The notes beneath the pieces were generated by a model that saw only the letters and a program-made list of their open reading frames with translations, had not been told where the DNA came from and ran no database searches. A stretch of 64,000 bases of DNA, taken from positions 23,194 to 87,193 of the forward strand of contig JADCRZ010000010.1 of the NCBI GenBank assembly GCA_015069695.1, in the 5' to 3' direction. Numbering within the stretch: position 1 is the first letter of the stretch; each line of letters begins with the position of its first letter. Origin of the DNA: Williamsia sp. (GTDB taxonomy: Bacteria > Bacteroidota > Bacteroidia > Chitinophagales > Chitinophagaceae). This document shows, in pieces, positions 28,888 to 37,238 of this stretch. The translations under genes were made by a program, and so were the position numbers.

Positions 28888-29168
28888 AGTTATACTTTTT
28901 TGGTTAATGATACAATTCGCTTATGTTGATATAAAATCCTTGCCAGAAATTGATTGATGATGTTTTAGATGAAAATTTTATCTATTCTCCGACCCGGCTT
29001 GTTTTTGCAATCCGTTGCTGAAAATAGATAAGTTAGCATTTATGCCTATGCGCATTTTTTTCCCCAGATTGTGAATGGAATTTTGATGGAAAACGCCTGA
29101 CCGCTACAAACTTGTCTGTAAATGTGGCCTGATTCTTCATATAGATATTTCAAATTAATCAACACAAT

Positions 29169-29357
29169 ATGAAACAAACAAACTCGCGAATGAGCATTCC
29201 GCTTTTGCTGGTAATGATGATTAGCTTATTTGTATTGAACAGCTGTTCAGCTATTGAAGGAATTTTCAAAGCAGGCGCCTGGACGGGAATTATACTGGTG
29301 GTGGTTGTAATTGCCATCGTGATCTGGATTATATCCAGACTGGGCGGCAGGTCATAA
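29169..29357 (+). CDS. Small membrane lipoprotein (62 aa)
   Basis: Lipobox LFVLNSC, then one TM segment, WTGIILVVVVIAIVIWIISRL. Confidence 0.5.
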   Translation: MKQTNSRMSIPLLLVMMISLFVLNSCSAIEGIFKAGAWTGIILVVVVIAIVIWIISRLGGRS

Positions 29358-29380
29358 AATGAGAGCTCGTAAAACAGCAG

Positions 29381-29422
29381 ATACAAAAACAGCCATTAAA
29401 AATTTAATGGCTGTTTTTGTAT
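29381..29422. terminator. Bidirectional hairpin terminator
   Basis: 16-bp perfect stem atacaaaaacagccat / atggctgtttttgtat, with A- and T-runs built into the arms. Confidence 0.6.
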
Positions 29423-29537
29423 CTTTTATATTTCCCATGTTTCTGCTGGCTGTAAACTTTATGTTGAAGACCAACTACGTCTTTACACCAGTATAAAAAT
29501 GCGGTTTCATATGATTAGGATTTATGCTTCTTCGGCA

Positions 29538-29690
29538 CTATACACTACCACCCCGGATCACGCGAAGAAGAACTGCAATAATGGCTATTACCAACAGGAT
29601 ATGGATAAGACCGCCTGCGTGGTACCCCAAAAAGCCAATGGCCCAGATAATTACGAGTACTACGGCAATGATGTACAATAGATTTCCCAT
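29538..29690 (-). CDS. lmo0937-like small membrane protein (50 aa; absent from the ORF track because it is under 60 aa)
   Basis: Hand translation gives MGNLLYIIAVVLVIIWAIGFLGYHAGGLIHILLVIAIIAVLLRVIRGGSV, a pattern typical of the lmo0937 family. Confidence 0.7.
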   Translation of the reverse strand: MGNLLYIIAVVLVIIWAIGFLGYHAGGLIHILLVIAIIAVLLRVIRGGSV

Positions 29691-29854
29691 GTAAGAAAGT
29701 TTTTAAAGGTGATAGATTGGTTTATGATGATTAATAAAAAACTTTGCCAAATTTTAATTTCTCACCGGCATAATATGGTATACCGAGAATTCCCGTTTTC
29801 TTTTTGTGTGCAATAAATTCTACATACGTTCAACGTTCTGTTAAACAAAACAGC

Positions 29855-30289
29855 TCAGGCAAGCTGGTCGATCGTAGAATAAATAATATCGCGGTTGAAA
29901 GGTTTGCTGATAAAAAAGTCGACTCCCTCTGCATACGCCTTGTTGCGTTCTGCAGCGCTGTCATGGGCAGTAATCATAATTATTTTTGTGGTAGGGGCAT
30001 TCACTTTTACATACCGGATAAAATCAAGTCCGAACCCGTCCGGCAGGTGATTGTCAAGAAAAAGGATCTCTGGAGGATCATTTTTGATCGCAAGTTCTGC
30101 ATCTGATAGCGTGTTTACATAGGCAGTCTTTAATTTTTTCTGCTTTAAAATGCCTCCCAACAAATAACAAATATCGAGCTCGTCATCGACTATTAAAACT
30201 TTCAATGCATTAGTTTTATCATATTTGTAGGTCTCCAATATAACTGTATCTGACATTCTCATACATTCCAATATGTTTTCTATCTTCAA
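29855..30289 (-). CDS. Stand-alone response regulator receiver
   Basis: KVLIVDDELDICYLL..ILFLDNHLPDGFG..KIIMITAH..FISKP. The start is uncertain: TTG at 30289 or the ATGs at 30262 and 30256. Confidence 0.8.
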   Translation of the reverse strand: MKIENILECMRMSDTVILETYKYDKTNALKVLIVDDELDICYLLGGILKQKKLKTAYVNTLSDAELAIKNDPPEILFLDNHLPDGFGLDFIRYVKVNAPTTKIIMITAHDSAAERNKAYAEGVDFFISKPFNRDIIYSTIDQLA

Positions 30290-30646
30290 ATAACTTGCCA
30301 GCCGGTAAGAGAACCTTTACCCCGGGAAACGAGCCCCTGCTTTTAAGCATTTACCTGTATGGGCCGCAGCGGGAGCAGGAAAGGTTCTCCTCAATCTGTG
30401 GTCATTTCGAAAGGGACAGCAGTCCGAAATAGCGTTGAAAGAAAAACCGTTAGCTCTTTTTTGGCAGGATTTTTAGATTTTATATGCAGTCAGCAGAAGA
30501 TCTTTGCACGCAGATTTAGTAAAGGCCCCACCCAACCAAGTGCTTCTACAGCGGGTCAGTGGGAAAGGATTTCCCGGTTTACTCCCATTATGGGCGTATC
30601 CAGACAGTGACAATAAAATTTATTACTATCATATAAACAATTTCGA

Positions 30647-31600
30647 ATGGCTGAACCTCAAATCAAAAAAAACAACCTTAAATCTGTATTTGGTTTCTTA
30701 AAGGAAGTATTCAGTGGTTTTAGTGACGACAAGGCAATGAAATACAGTGCTTCGCTTTCTTATTACACGGTTTTTTCCATTGCACCCATGATCATCGTCA
30801 TTATATCGGCAGCAGGAATCGTGTTTGGCCGGGAGGCGGTACAGGGACGGATATTCGACCAAATAAATGGGTTGGTAGGCGCAGAGGCTGCAAAACAAAT
30901 CCAATCAATTATCAGCAATACCCATAGTTCCGGCAACACGATCGTTGCCAGCATTGTGAGTGCAGTGGTTGTTATTATGGGAGCCACCGGCGTTTTCGGA
31001 GAGATCCAGGATTCCATCAACAGCATCTGGGGCCTGAAAAGCAAACCCAAAAGAGGCATTATCAAAATTGTATTGAACCGGGTTATCTCGTTTTCCCTGA
31101 TTATAAGCCTGGGTTTTGTTTTGATGGTTTCCCTGGCTGTCAATGCTTTTGTGTCTGTGATTACTTCCCAGCTGGCCAGCATTATCCCCGGTGTGGGTAC
31201 TTATTTTTTAATGATCGTGAACCAAGCGCTTATTTTTCTCATTATGTCTTTTATGTTCTCCGTAATCTTTAAAGTACTGCCAGACGCCAAAATCAAATGG
31301 CGGGATGTAAGCAAGGGCGCCATGCTGACTGCCATCCTGTTTATGGTGGGCAAGTACCTGATAGGCTTATACGTAGAAAAAAGCAATCTTACGTCTGTAT
31401 ATGGCGCGGCGGGATCTATTGTAATTATTATGGTGTGGGTGTATTATACCGCCGTAATTTTGTACTTTGGAGCTGAATTTACCAAAGTTTACTCTGTAAA
31501 ATACGGCAGCAAGATAGAACCAAACGATTATGCAGTGTGGGTAAAAGTAAACGAAGAAGAGCAGCCGCACCAAACCCTTGAAGAAGTAAAAACATCATAG
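30647..31600 (+). CDS. YihY/BrkB (virulence factor BrkB / RNase BN-like) family membrane protein
   Basis: MKYSASLSYYTVFSIAPMIIVIISAAG and six TM segments. Confidence 0.85.
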   Translation: MAEPQIKKNNLKSVFGFLKEVFSGFSDDKAMKYSASLSYYTVFSIAPMIIVIISAAGIVFGREAVQGRIFDQINGLVGAEAAKQIQSIISNTHSSGNTIVASIVSAVVVIMGATGVFGEIQDSINSIWGLKSKPKRGIIKIVLNRVISFSLIISLGFVLMVSLAVNAFVSVITSQLASIIPGVGTYFLMIVNQALIFLIMSFMFSVIFKVLPDAKIKWRDVSKGAMLTAILFMVGKYLIGLYVEKSNLTSVYGAAGSIVIIMVWVYYTAVILYFGAEFTKVYSVKYGSKIEPNDYAVWVKVNEEEQPHQTLEEVKTS

Positions 31601-31673
31601 CCTTCACCAGCGAAGGCAGAATCCAGTTCTTTTACGCTAAATTGCAAGAAAAATTACTCAAAATTACCCATAA

Positions 31674-33083
31674 ATGAAGAGGATACTCATCATCGATGAT
31701 GATATGGATATGTGCGCGCTGCTAAGCCGTTTTCTGCAGCGAAACGGATATGAGACGGAAACGGCTCACACCGGTCATAAAGGAATCAGCAAATTCAACG
31801 AAAGCAAGTTTGATATCGTTTTGTGTGATTTCCGCCTGGGCGACAAAGACGGGCGGGATGTGTTGCAGGAAATGAAGGCAATCAATCCACAGGTAGTTTT
31901 TATCATTATCACCGGCTACTCCGACATCAAAACAGCGGTAGACGTGATCAAGTTAGGCGCCTACGATTATATTACCAAACCGCTGATCCCCGATGAAGTG
32001 TTGAACGTGATCAGCAAGTCAGCCCAATCCACCCCTGCCAAAGGGGGCGAGTCAAAAGCTGATTCGCCTTCATCTGCTTCCATTAAGAAGAAAGCAAACG
32101 TTACACATGATGGCGAATTCCTGGTAGGGCAGGCCCCCGCCACCAAGGAATTGTACCGGCAGATAGAGCTGGTTGCACCAACCAGCTACAGCATTATATT
32201 ATATGGCGAAAGCGGAACCGGTAAAGAAGTGGTGGCAAAAACAATCCATCAATCCAGTGACCGGAAAAACAAGCCTTTTATTGCGATGGACTGCGGCACC
32301 CTGTCAAAAGAACTGGCGGGAAGTGAGCTGTTCGGGCATGTAAAGGGCGCATTTACCGGCGCCTTGAACGACAAGGAAGGGCATTTTGAAATGGCCAATG
32401 GAGGCACCCTCTTTCTGGATGAGGTCACCAACCTGTCTTACGAGATCCAGGCAGCCCTGCTCAGGGTTATACAGGAACGCAAGTTCAGACGGGTAGGCGG
32501 CAGCAAGGAAATGAGCCTCGACATCCGCGTAATTGTTGCCTCCAACGAAAACCTGCAGGATGCTTACCGCAAAGGCAAGTTCCGCGAAGACCTTTACCAC
32601 CGTTTCAACGAATTCTCCATTACCATCCCTCCCCTCCGGGGCCGCAAGGAAGATATTCCCCTGTTTGCTGATTTTTTCCTCAACAAGGCACTGGGAGAAC
32701 TGAACAAAGACATAGAAGGGTACGAACCGGAAGTCATCAAATTGTTCATGGAATACTCCTGGCCCGGTAACCTGCGCGAGTTTAAAAACGTGATCCGCAG
32801 GGCCGCGCTGCTGAGTACTTCTAAACTGATTTCTGCTAAAACGCTTCCCTGGGAGATCACCAACGCGCCTGTACAGGCACCCGCTCCCGCAGAAGCTGCT
32901 TCAACCGTGATCCCTGTTTCACTGAATAAGGAGTCTGACCTTCGCAATGCTGCTTCCATGGCAGAGTACGAAACCATCATGAACGTCCTCAAACAGGTCA
33001 ATTTCAACAAAACCAAAGCTGCTGAAATCTTAAAGATCGACCGCAAAACACTGTATAACAAATTAAAAGGTCACGAACTTTAA
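31674..33083 (+). CDS. Sigma-54-dependent response regulator (NtrC/Fis family enhancer-binding protein)
   Basis: Receiver (ILIIDDD..CDFRLGDKDG), AAA+ domain (GESGTGKEV, GAFTGA, LFLDEV) and a C-terminal Fis-type HTH (KTKAAEILKIDRKTLYNKL). Confidence 0.92.
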   Translation: MKRILIIDDDMDMCALLSRFLQRNGYETETAHTGHKGISKFNESKFDIVLCDFRLGDKDGRDVLQEMKAINPQVVFIIITGYSDIKTAVDVIKLGAYDYITKPLIPDEVLNVISKSAQSTPAKGGESKADSPSSASIKKKANVTHDGEFLVGQAPATKELYRQIELVAPTSYSIILYGESGTGKEVVAKTIHQSSDRKNKPFIAMDCGTLSKELAGSELFGHVKGAFTGALNDKEGHFEMANGGTLFLDEVTNLSYEIQAALLRVIQERKFRRVGGSKEMSLDIRVIVASNENLQDAYRKGKFREDLYHRFNEFSITIPPLRGRKEDIPLFADFFLNKALGELNKDIEGYEPEVIKLFMEYSWPGNLREFKNVIRRAALLSTSKLISAKTLPWEITNAPVQAPAPAEAASTVIPVSLNKESDLRNAASMAEYETIMNVLKQVNFNKTKAAEILKIDRKTLYNKLKGHEL

Positions 33084-33108
33084 AGGGTTGTTGGAAAAGA
33101 GTCAAATC

Positions 33109-33124
33109 TGGAATGCATTTAGCA
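33109..33124 (+). promoter_or_regulatory. Candidate sigma-54 (-24/-12) promoter
   Basis: TGGAATGCATTTAGCA has the GG and GC dinucleotides at exactly canonical spacing (TGGCACG-N4-TTGCW). It lies 26 nt after the activator stop and 32 nt before the ATG at 33156. Confidence 0.35.
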
Positions 33125-33155
33125 GGTAATAATTTACGAACCAAAATTTAGATTT

Positions 33156-33494
33156 ATGGAAAAGCCAGCAGAAATGACCACATCAAGTTCCGTAATGGAG
33201 AAATTACGCTTAAAGCGCCAGGATAATGAATTTGTTATGACGGCAGAAGGTTTTACAGCCGGCAAAGGCAAGTTTTACAATCCTGAAGATCTAAAGATCA
33301 TCAAAACATTCCGCTTCGAAGGCGATTCCAACCCCGACGATTCTTCAATCATCTACGTGATCGAAGCTAATGACGGGCTGGTCGGTTACAGTATGGACGC
33401 GTACGGCGTATATACCAACCACGAAGCAGAATACGATGAATTTATCCGCAAAATCCCTGTGGAAGACAGGGACGAACAGTTGATTTTTAATTAA
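33156..33494 (+). CDS. Small conserved hypothetical protein (112 aa)
   Basis: The core IIKTFRFEGDSNPDDSSIIYVIEANDGLVGYSMDAYGVY matches my recollection of a Bacteroidota DUF sometimes mislabelled PRPP synthetase. Confidence 0.6.
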   Translation: MEKPAEMTTSSSVMEKLRLKRQDNEFVMTAEGFTAGKGKFYNPEDLKIIKTFRFEGDSNPDDSSIIYVIEANDGLVGYSMDAYGVYTNHEAEYDEFIRKIPVEDRDEQLIFN

Positions 33495-33521
33495 CAAGGA
33501 ACATATCGCCCAAGTATTTTT

Positions 33522-33552
33522 AACAGCCATTGATCCATCAATGGCTGTTTTC
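33522..33552 (+). terminator. Rho-independent terminator
   Basis: 12-bp perfect stem aacagccattga / tcaatggctgtt, 4-nt loop, T-rich tail. Confidence 0.65.
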
Positions 33553-33623
33553 CGTTATCTGTTTTTTCGCTTTTCCGCACCTTATTTTTCAAGCAGTAAA
33601 CCGGCTATCAGTCAAACGCACAC

Positions 33624-34721
33624 ATGAGCACAAACGAACAGGCAGAAGACTTGCTGAACATTCCCAAAGAAGAACTTGCCGATCTGGTAAAAGATGCTGT
33701 AAAATCTGCAGAAGCCGTTAACCTGGTCTATATCAATGACGGCGAACCCGGCATCCAGCGCATCAAGAAGGGAGAGGGTTTTTCGTATGTATTCAACAAC
33801 AAGCAGCTCAAAGACAAAGCGCATATGCAAAGGATCAAAAGCCTGGTGATACCACCAGCCTGGACGAATGTCTGGATCTGCGCACAGGAAAATGGGCATC
33901 TGCAAGTGACCGGCATCGATCAGAAAAGCCGCAAACAGTACAAGTATCATCCGCTGTGGAACCAGCTTCGAAACCAAACCAAGTTTTACCGCCTGCATGA
34001 TTTCGGGAAAGCCCTGCCGGCTATGCGTTTGCAGCTGGAAAAAGATATTGCAAAGCCAGGCATGCCGGTAGAAAAAGTGCTGGCCACGGTGGTAAGCCTG
34101 ATGGAACGGACCAATATCCGGGTCGGAAATAATTTTTATGAAAAACTCTATGGCTCTTTCGGACTTACTACGTTGAAAGATAAACACGTCAAGATCAACG
34201 GTACTGAACTGCGTTTTACATTCAAGGGCAAGAAAGGAGTTCATCACGACATCAGCATCAAAAGCAAAAGAATTGCGCGGATCGTAAAAGAATGCAGGGA
34301 TATACCCGGCAAAGAATTGTTTCAGTATATCAATGATGCGGGTGAGCACAAAACCATTGATTCGGGCATGGTCAACAATTATATCCGCGAAATCAGCGGC
34401 GGCGATTTCACCGCAAAGGATTTCCGGACCTGGGCCGGCACCGTACACGCGCTGCTTGCCTTTAAAGACCTGGGCTTTGGCAGCACGCAAACAGAATCAA
34501 AAAAAAATGTGGTCGCCGCGCTCGACATCGTCTCCAAACACCTGGGCAACACCCGCACCGTCTGTAAAAAATACTACGTCCACCCCGCCCTGCTCACCCT
34601 GTATGAAGACAAAAGCCTGGAAAAATACATGGACGAGCTCAATGTGATCGAAAAGAACGACAACAAAGCTGATTTGACGGTGGAGGAAAAGGTGTTGATG
34701 AAGATCCTGTCTGAACCATGA
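33624..34721 (+). CDS. DNA topoisomerase IB (poxvirus-like bacterial TopIB)
   Basis: IKSLVIPPAWTNVWIC...GHLQVTGIDQKSRKQYKYHP.W, FTFKGKKGV, FTAKDFRTWAGT and a C-terminal CKKYYVHP (catalytic Tyr region). Confidence 0.88.
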   Translation: MSTNEQAEDLLNIPKEELADLVKDAVKSAEAVNLVYINDGEPGIQRIKKGEGFSYVFNNKQLKDKAHMQRIKSLVIPPAWTNVWICAQENGHLQVTGIDQKSRKQYKYHPLWNQLRNQTKFYRLHDFGKALPAMRLQLEKDIAKPGMPVEKVLATVVSLMERTNIRVGNNFYEKLYGSFGLTTLKDKHVKINGTELRFTFKGKKGVHHDISIKSKRIARIVKECRDIPGKELFQYINDAGEHKTIDSGMVNNYIREISGGDFTAKDFRTWAGTVHALLAFKDLGFGSTQTESKKNVVAALDIVSKHLGNTRTVCKKYYVHPALLTLYEDKSLEKYMDELNVIEKNDNKADLTVEEKVLMKILSEP

Positions 34722-34750
34722 TTTATAAGATGTCTTGAACCAGGATTACC
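34709..34750. repeat. Two half-units of the GTCTGAACC repeat family at a convergent junction
   Basis: gtctgaaccatgatttataagat followed by gtcttgaaccaggattacc. The first overlaps the TopIB stop and the second overlaps the HAD gene stop. Confidence 0.7.
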
Positions 34751-35339
34751 TGAACGGCTTGTAAAAAGACTTTGTCCCGATGGCCAGCATGGGTTTGTCG
34801 CCGCTTGTGTCTCCGTAGCAGTAGATTTCTTTGTACTCAGCCAGGTCGAATTTTTCTTTGATGCGGCAGACTTTTTCATCGCCGTGGCAGTTTTGACCGT
34901 CTATTTTGCCGGTGATCTTTCCCTCCTTTGTGGCAAGGCGGGTGCCCATCAGCCCCAAATTGTTTTGCGCAGCCCAGGGACGGATCCAGTTCTCGGCTGA
35001 AGCAGAAACGATGACCACCGTGCTGCCGGCAGCCTGCAGCTTTTTTATCTCGGCCAGGGCTTTGGGCCGCAGCAAGGCAGGCAGCTTCTGCGCAGCAAAT
35101 CCTTCGCAGCGTTGCTGAAATTGCGCAATGCTTTCACCCTTGAAAAAAAACTGCAGCACTTTTTGTTTTGCCACCCAGTTGGGGATAAGGCCCAGTTTGT
35201 AGGCAACCAGGAAGGGTGCATATATCAGGAAACCCAGGTAAAAATTGAATTCGCCCCGGTAAAATTTGATAAACTCCAGCAGGGTGTCCTTTGTGGTAAT
35301 GGTGCCGTCAAAATCGAAAAAGGCGATGCTTTTGTTCAC
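34746..35339 (-). CDS. HAD-IB family phosphatase
   Basis: GTG start. FFDFDGTIT (motif I), VVIVSAS, GDTSGDKPML. Confidence 0.85.
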   Translation of the reverse strand: MNKSIAFFDFDGTITTKDTLLEFIKFYRGEFNFYLGFLIYAPFLVAYKLGLIPNWVAKQKVLQFFFKGESIAQFQQRCEGFAAQKLPALLRPKALAEIKKLQAAGSTVVIVSASAENWIRPWAAQNNLGLMGTRLATKEGKITGKIDGQNCHGDEKVCRIKEKFDLAEYKEIYCYGDTSGDKPMLAIGTKSFYKPFR

Positions 35340-36067
35340 AGCTTTAAGTTTTTAAAGATCGCTTCCGGAACCAGCTTGATGATCAGCATGATCCAGCGCC
35401 ACATCCAGCGTACCCAAATGATATTGGTCTTGCGCTGGATCGCTGTATACACCGCCTCTCCTATCTCCGCCGGCTGTGCAGTGAGGGGCTTGGGCAATTT
35501 CAGTCCTTCCGTCATGCGTGTATAGGCAAACCCGGGCAGTACGGTCAGCACATGCACATTTTCCTTTACCAGCTTGTTTCGCAGACCGGATAAGTAAGCC
35601 GTAAACCCTGCTTTCGCGCTCCCATAAATATAATTGCTTTGCCGCCCCCGCTCTCCCGCCACCGAGCTGATGCCTGCTATAACGCCGCTCTTGCGCAGTG
35701 CATAGTGATTGCTGATGATATTGAGGATAGACACAGCGCCGGTATAATTTGTATGGATGATGCGGCTGGCTTCCTGCCAGTCGATGCGGGCCCTGTCATT
35801 TTCACCGAGGTAGCCAAATACACAGATGGTGACATCGGGTTTGGGCTGGAGTTGTTCAAAGAACAGGGCATGGGTATCAAACCTAACCGCGTCAAAAGCA
35901 TGCACGCTGCAAGGGACCTGGTAGCGGATGGCAATATCCGACTGCATGGACTGCAGATCGCTTCCGTTCCGGGCAGCCAATTGGATGCTGTATCCTTTTG
36001 AAGCAAATTTTTTTGCGATGGCCACTGCCATGTCAGAAGTGGCGCCAAGTATCAGTACTGTCGGCAT
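35336..36067 (-). CDS. Short-chain dehydrogenase/reductase, DprE2-like
   Basis: LILGATSDMAVAIAKKF and YGSAKAG (YxxxK). There is a GTGA overlap with the downstream HAD gene. Confidence 0.75.
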   Translation of the reverse strand: MPTVLILGATSDMAVAIAKKFASKGYSIQLAARNGSDLQSMQSDIAIRYQVPCSVHAFDAVRFDTHALFFEQLQPKPDVTICVFGYLGENDRARIDWQEASRIIHTNYTGAVSILNIISNHYALRKSGVIAGISSVAGERGRQSNYIYGSAKAGFTAYLSGLRNKLVKENVHVLTVLPGFAYTRMTEGLKLPKPLTAQPAEIGEAVYTAIQRKTNIIWVRWMWRWIMLIIKLVPEAIFKNLKL

Positions 36068-36130
36068 GGATCATTGTTTTAAGTAGCTGGCTGCCTGTTT
36101 GAAAGCAGGCAGCGCTGCTGGCCGCTGAAG

Positions 36131-37033
36131 TTAACTCAGCCATCCGCTCAGCAGGGTAAACTTTTTGAAATATAAAATAATATAAAAGCTGGCCATCCAA
36201 AGCACAATGGTGGTTTGAAGGAAAATATCTTTATACAGCAGCTCTGTTGGTGAGCCGGCTTTGTTTTGCACCAGGCTGATCTGCAGGTACCGCATCAGTC
36301 CGGCAATTACAAAGATGGAAGTATAGTAAAGATGATAACTCTGCAACCGCTCATATGTTCTGGGTGAAAGGGTATACATTATGTATGTTACAATAATGAC
36401 AGCACTGAACAAGCTCAGCAGAGTATTGAGAAAATCCAGGTTGTACCCCTTCACCGATCTTCTCATATCAGTACCGGTCTCCAGCTTGAGCAGGATGTCG
36501 TCCCGCCGCTTGGCGATGGCCATAAACAAGGAAAGCAGCAGCACCATCAGCGTGAGCCAGGGCGACACTTCCACGTCAGCAATATAGCCGCCCCCCTTCA
36601 GCCTTAATACAAAACCAGCGGCAATGATCAGGATGTCGAGAACAGAAATGTTTTTCAACCCGAGCGAGTAGCCCAGGTTTAAACTAAAATAAACAGCCAG
36701 GATCAGGGTGAACCGGGAGTTGCCTACGCCGGCGATAGCCAATGAAAAAGCAGTCACGAGCAACACAGCTGCAATAGCCAGTGCAACACCCGGTTTTACC
36801 TTGCCGGCAGCCAGCGGACGTTTGCTTTTTACCGGGTGCTTGCGGTCGTCTTCCCGGTCGCGGTAGTCGTTGAGAATATAGATGGTGCTTGCCGTAAAGC
36901 TAAAAGCAACAAATCCGAGCAGGAGAAGGAGCAGCTTGTGAAGGTTAAACAGATCGCCTGCAAAAAAAATAGGCAGAAACAAAAACGCGTTTTTTGCCCA
37001 GTCTTTTGGACGCAGCAATTTAATAATGTCCAT
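36131..37033 (-). CDS. UbiA-family polyprenyl-phosphate 5-phosphoribosyltransferase (decaprenyl-phosphate phosphoribosyltransferase-like)
   Basis: NDYRDREDDRKHPVKSKRPLAAG resembles the Rv3806c-type motif NDxxDxxxDRxHPxKxxRPxAxG. About 8 TM segments. Confidence 0.78.
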   Translation of the reverse strand: MDIIKLLRPKDWAKNAFLFLPIFFAGDLFNLHKLLLLLLGFVAFSFTASTIYILNDYRDREDDRKHPVKSKRPLAAGKVKPGVALAIAAVLLVTAFSLAIAGVGNSRFTLILAVYFSLNLGYSLGLKNISVLDILIIAAGFVLRLKGGGYIADVEVSPWLTLMVLLLSLFMAIAKRRDDILLKLETGTDMRRSVKGYNLDFLNTLLSLFSAVIIVTYIMYTLSPRTYERLQSYHLYYTSIFVIAGLMRYLQISLVQNKAGSPTELLYKDIFLQTTIVLWMASFYIILYFKKFTLLSGWLS

Positions 37034-37238
37034 TACAGAGATTAGGGGTTAAGACGGGGGATGTAATAAATAGAACCATTGATCTAATACTTTGCCGGTT
37101 TAAACAGATTAGGTACTTTCATTCCGTGAATGCATAAAAACCTCCTATTGAGGTAGCAATCAATGCGCAAGATAAAATACTCATGTTATTTTAACGTTAG
37201 AACATTTCTTTCATTGCCTGCCGCCAAATACCCGATAG

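Noticed and set aside
30290-30646. RNase P RNA, tmRNA, 6S, SRP RNA or a known riboswitch in the long spacer
   Set aside because: I could not find GGAAAGTCCGG-type RNase P motifs, a tag-peptide reading frame with a CCA end, or c-di-GMP, cobalamin, SAM or fluoride core motifs. Only a generic hairpin is reported, as a low-confidence finding.
33612-34490. 292-aa ORF on the minus strand
   Set aside because: It lies entirely antisense to the TopIB gene, which has strong family motifs. The ORF has no recognisable motif and a low-complexity composition, so it is a typical shadow ORF.
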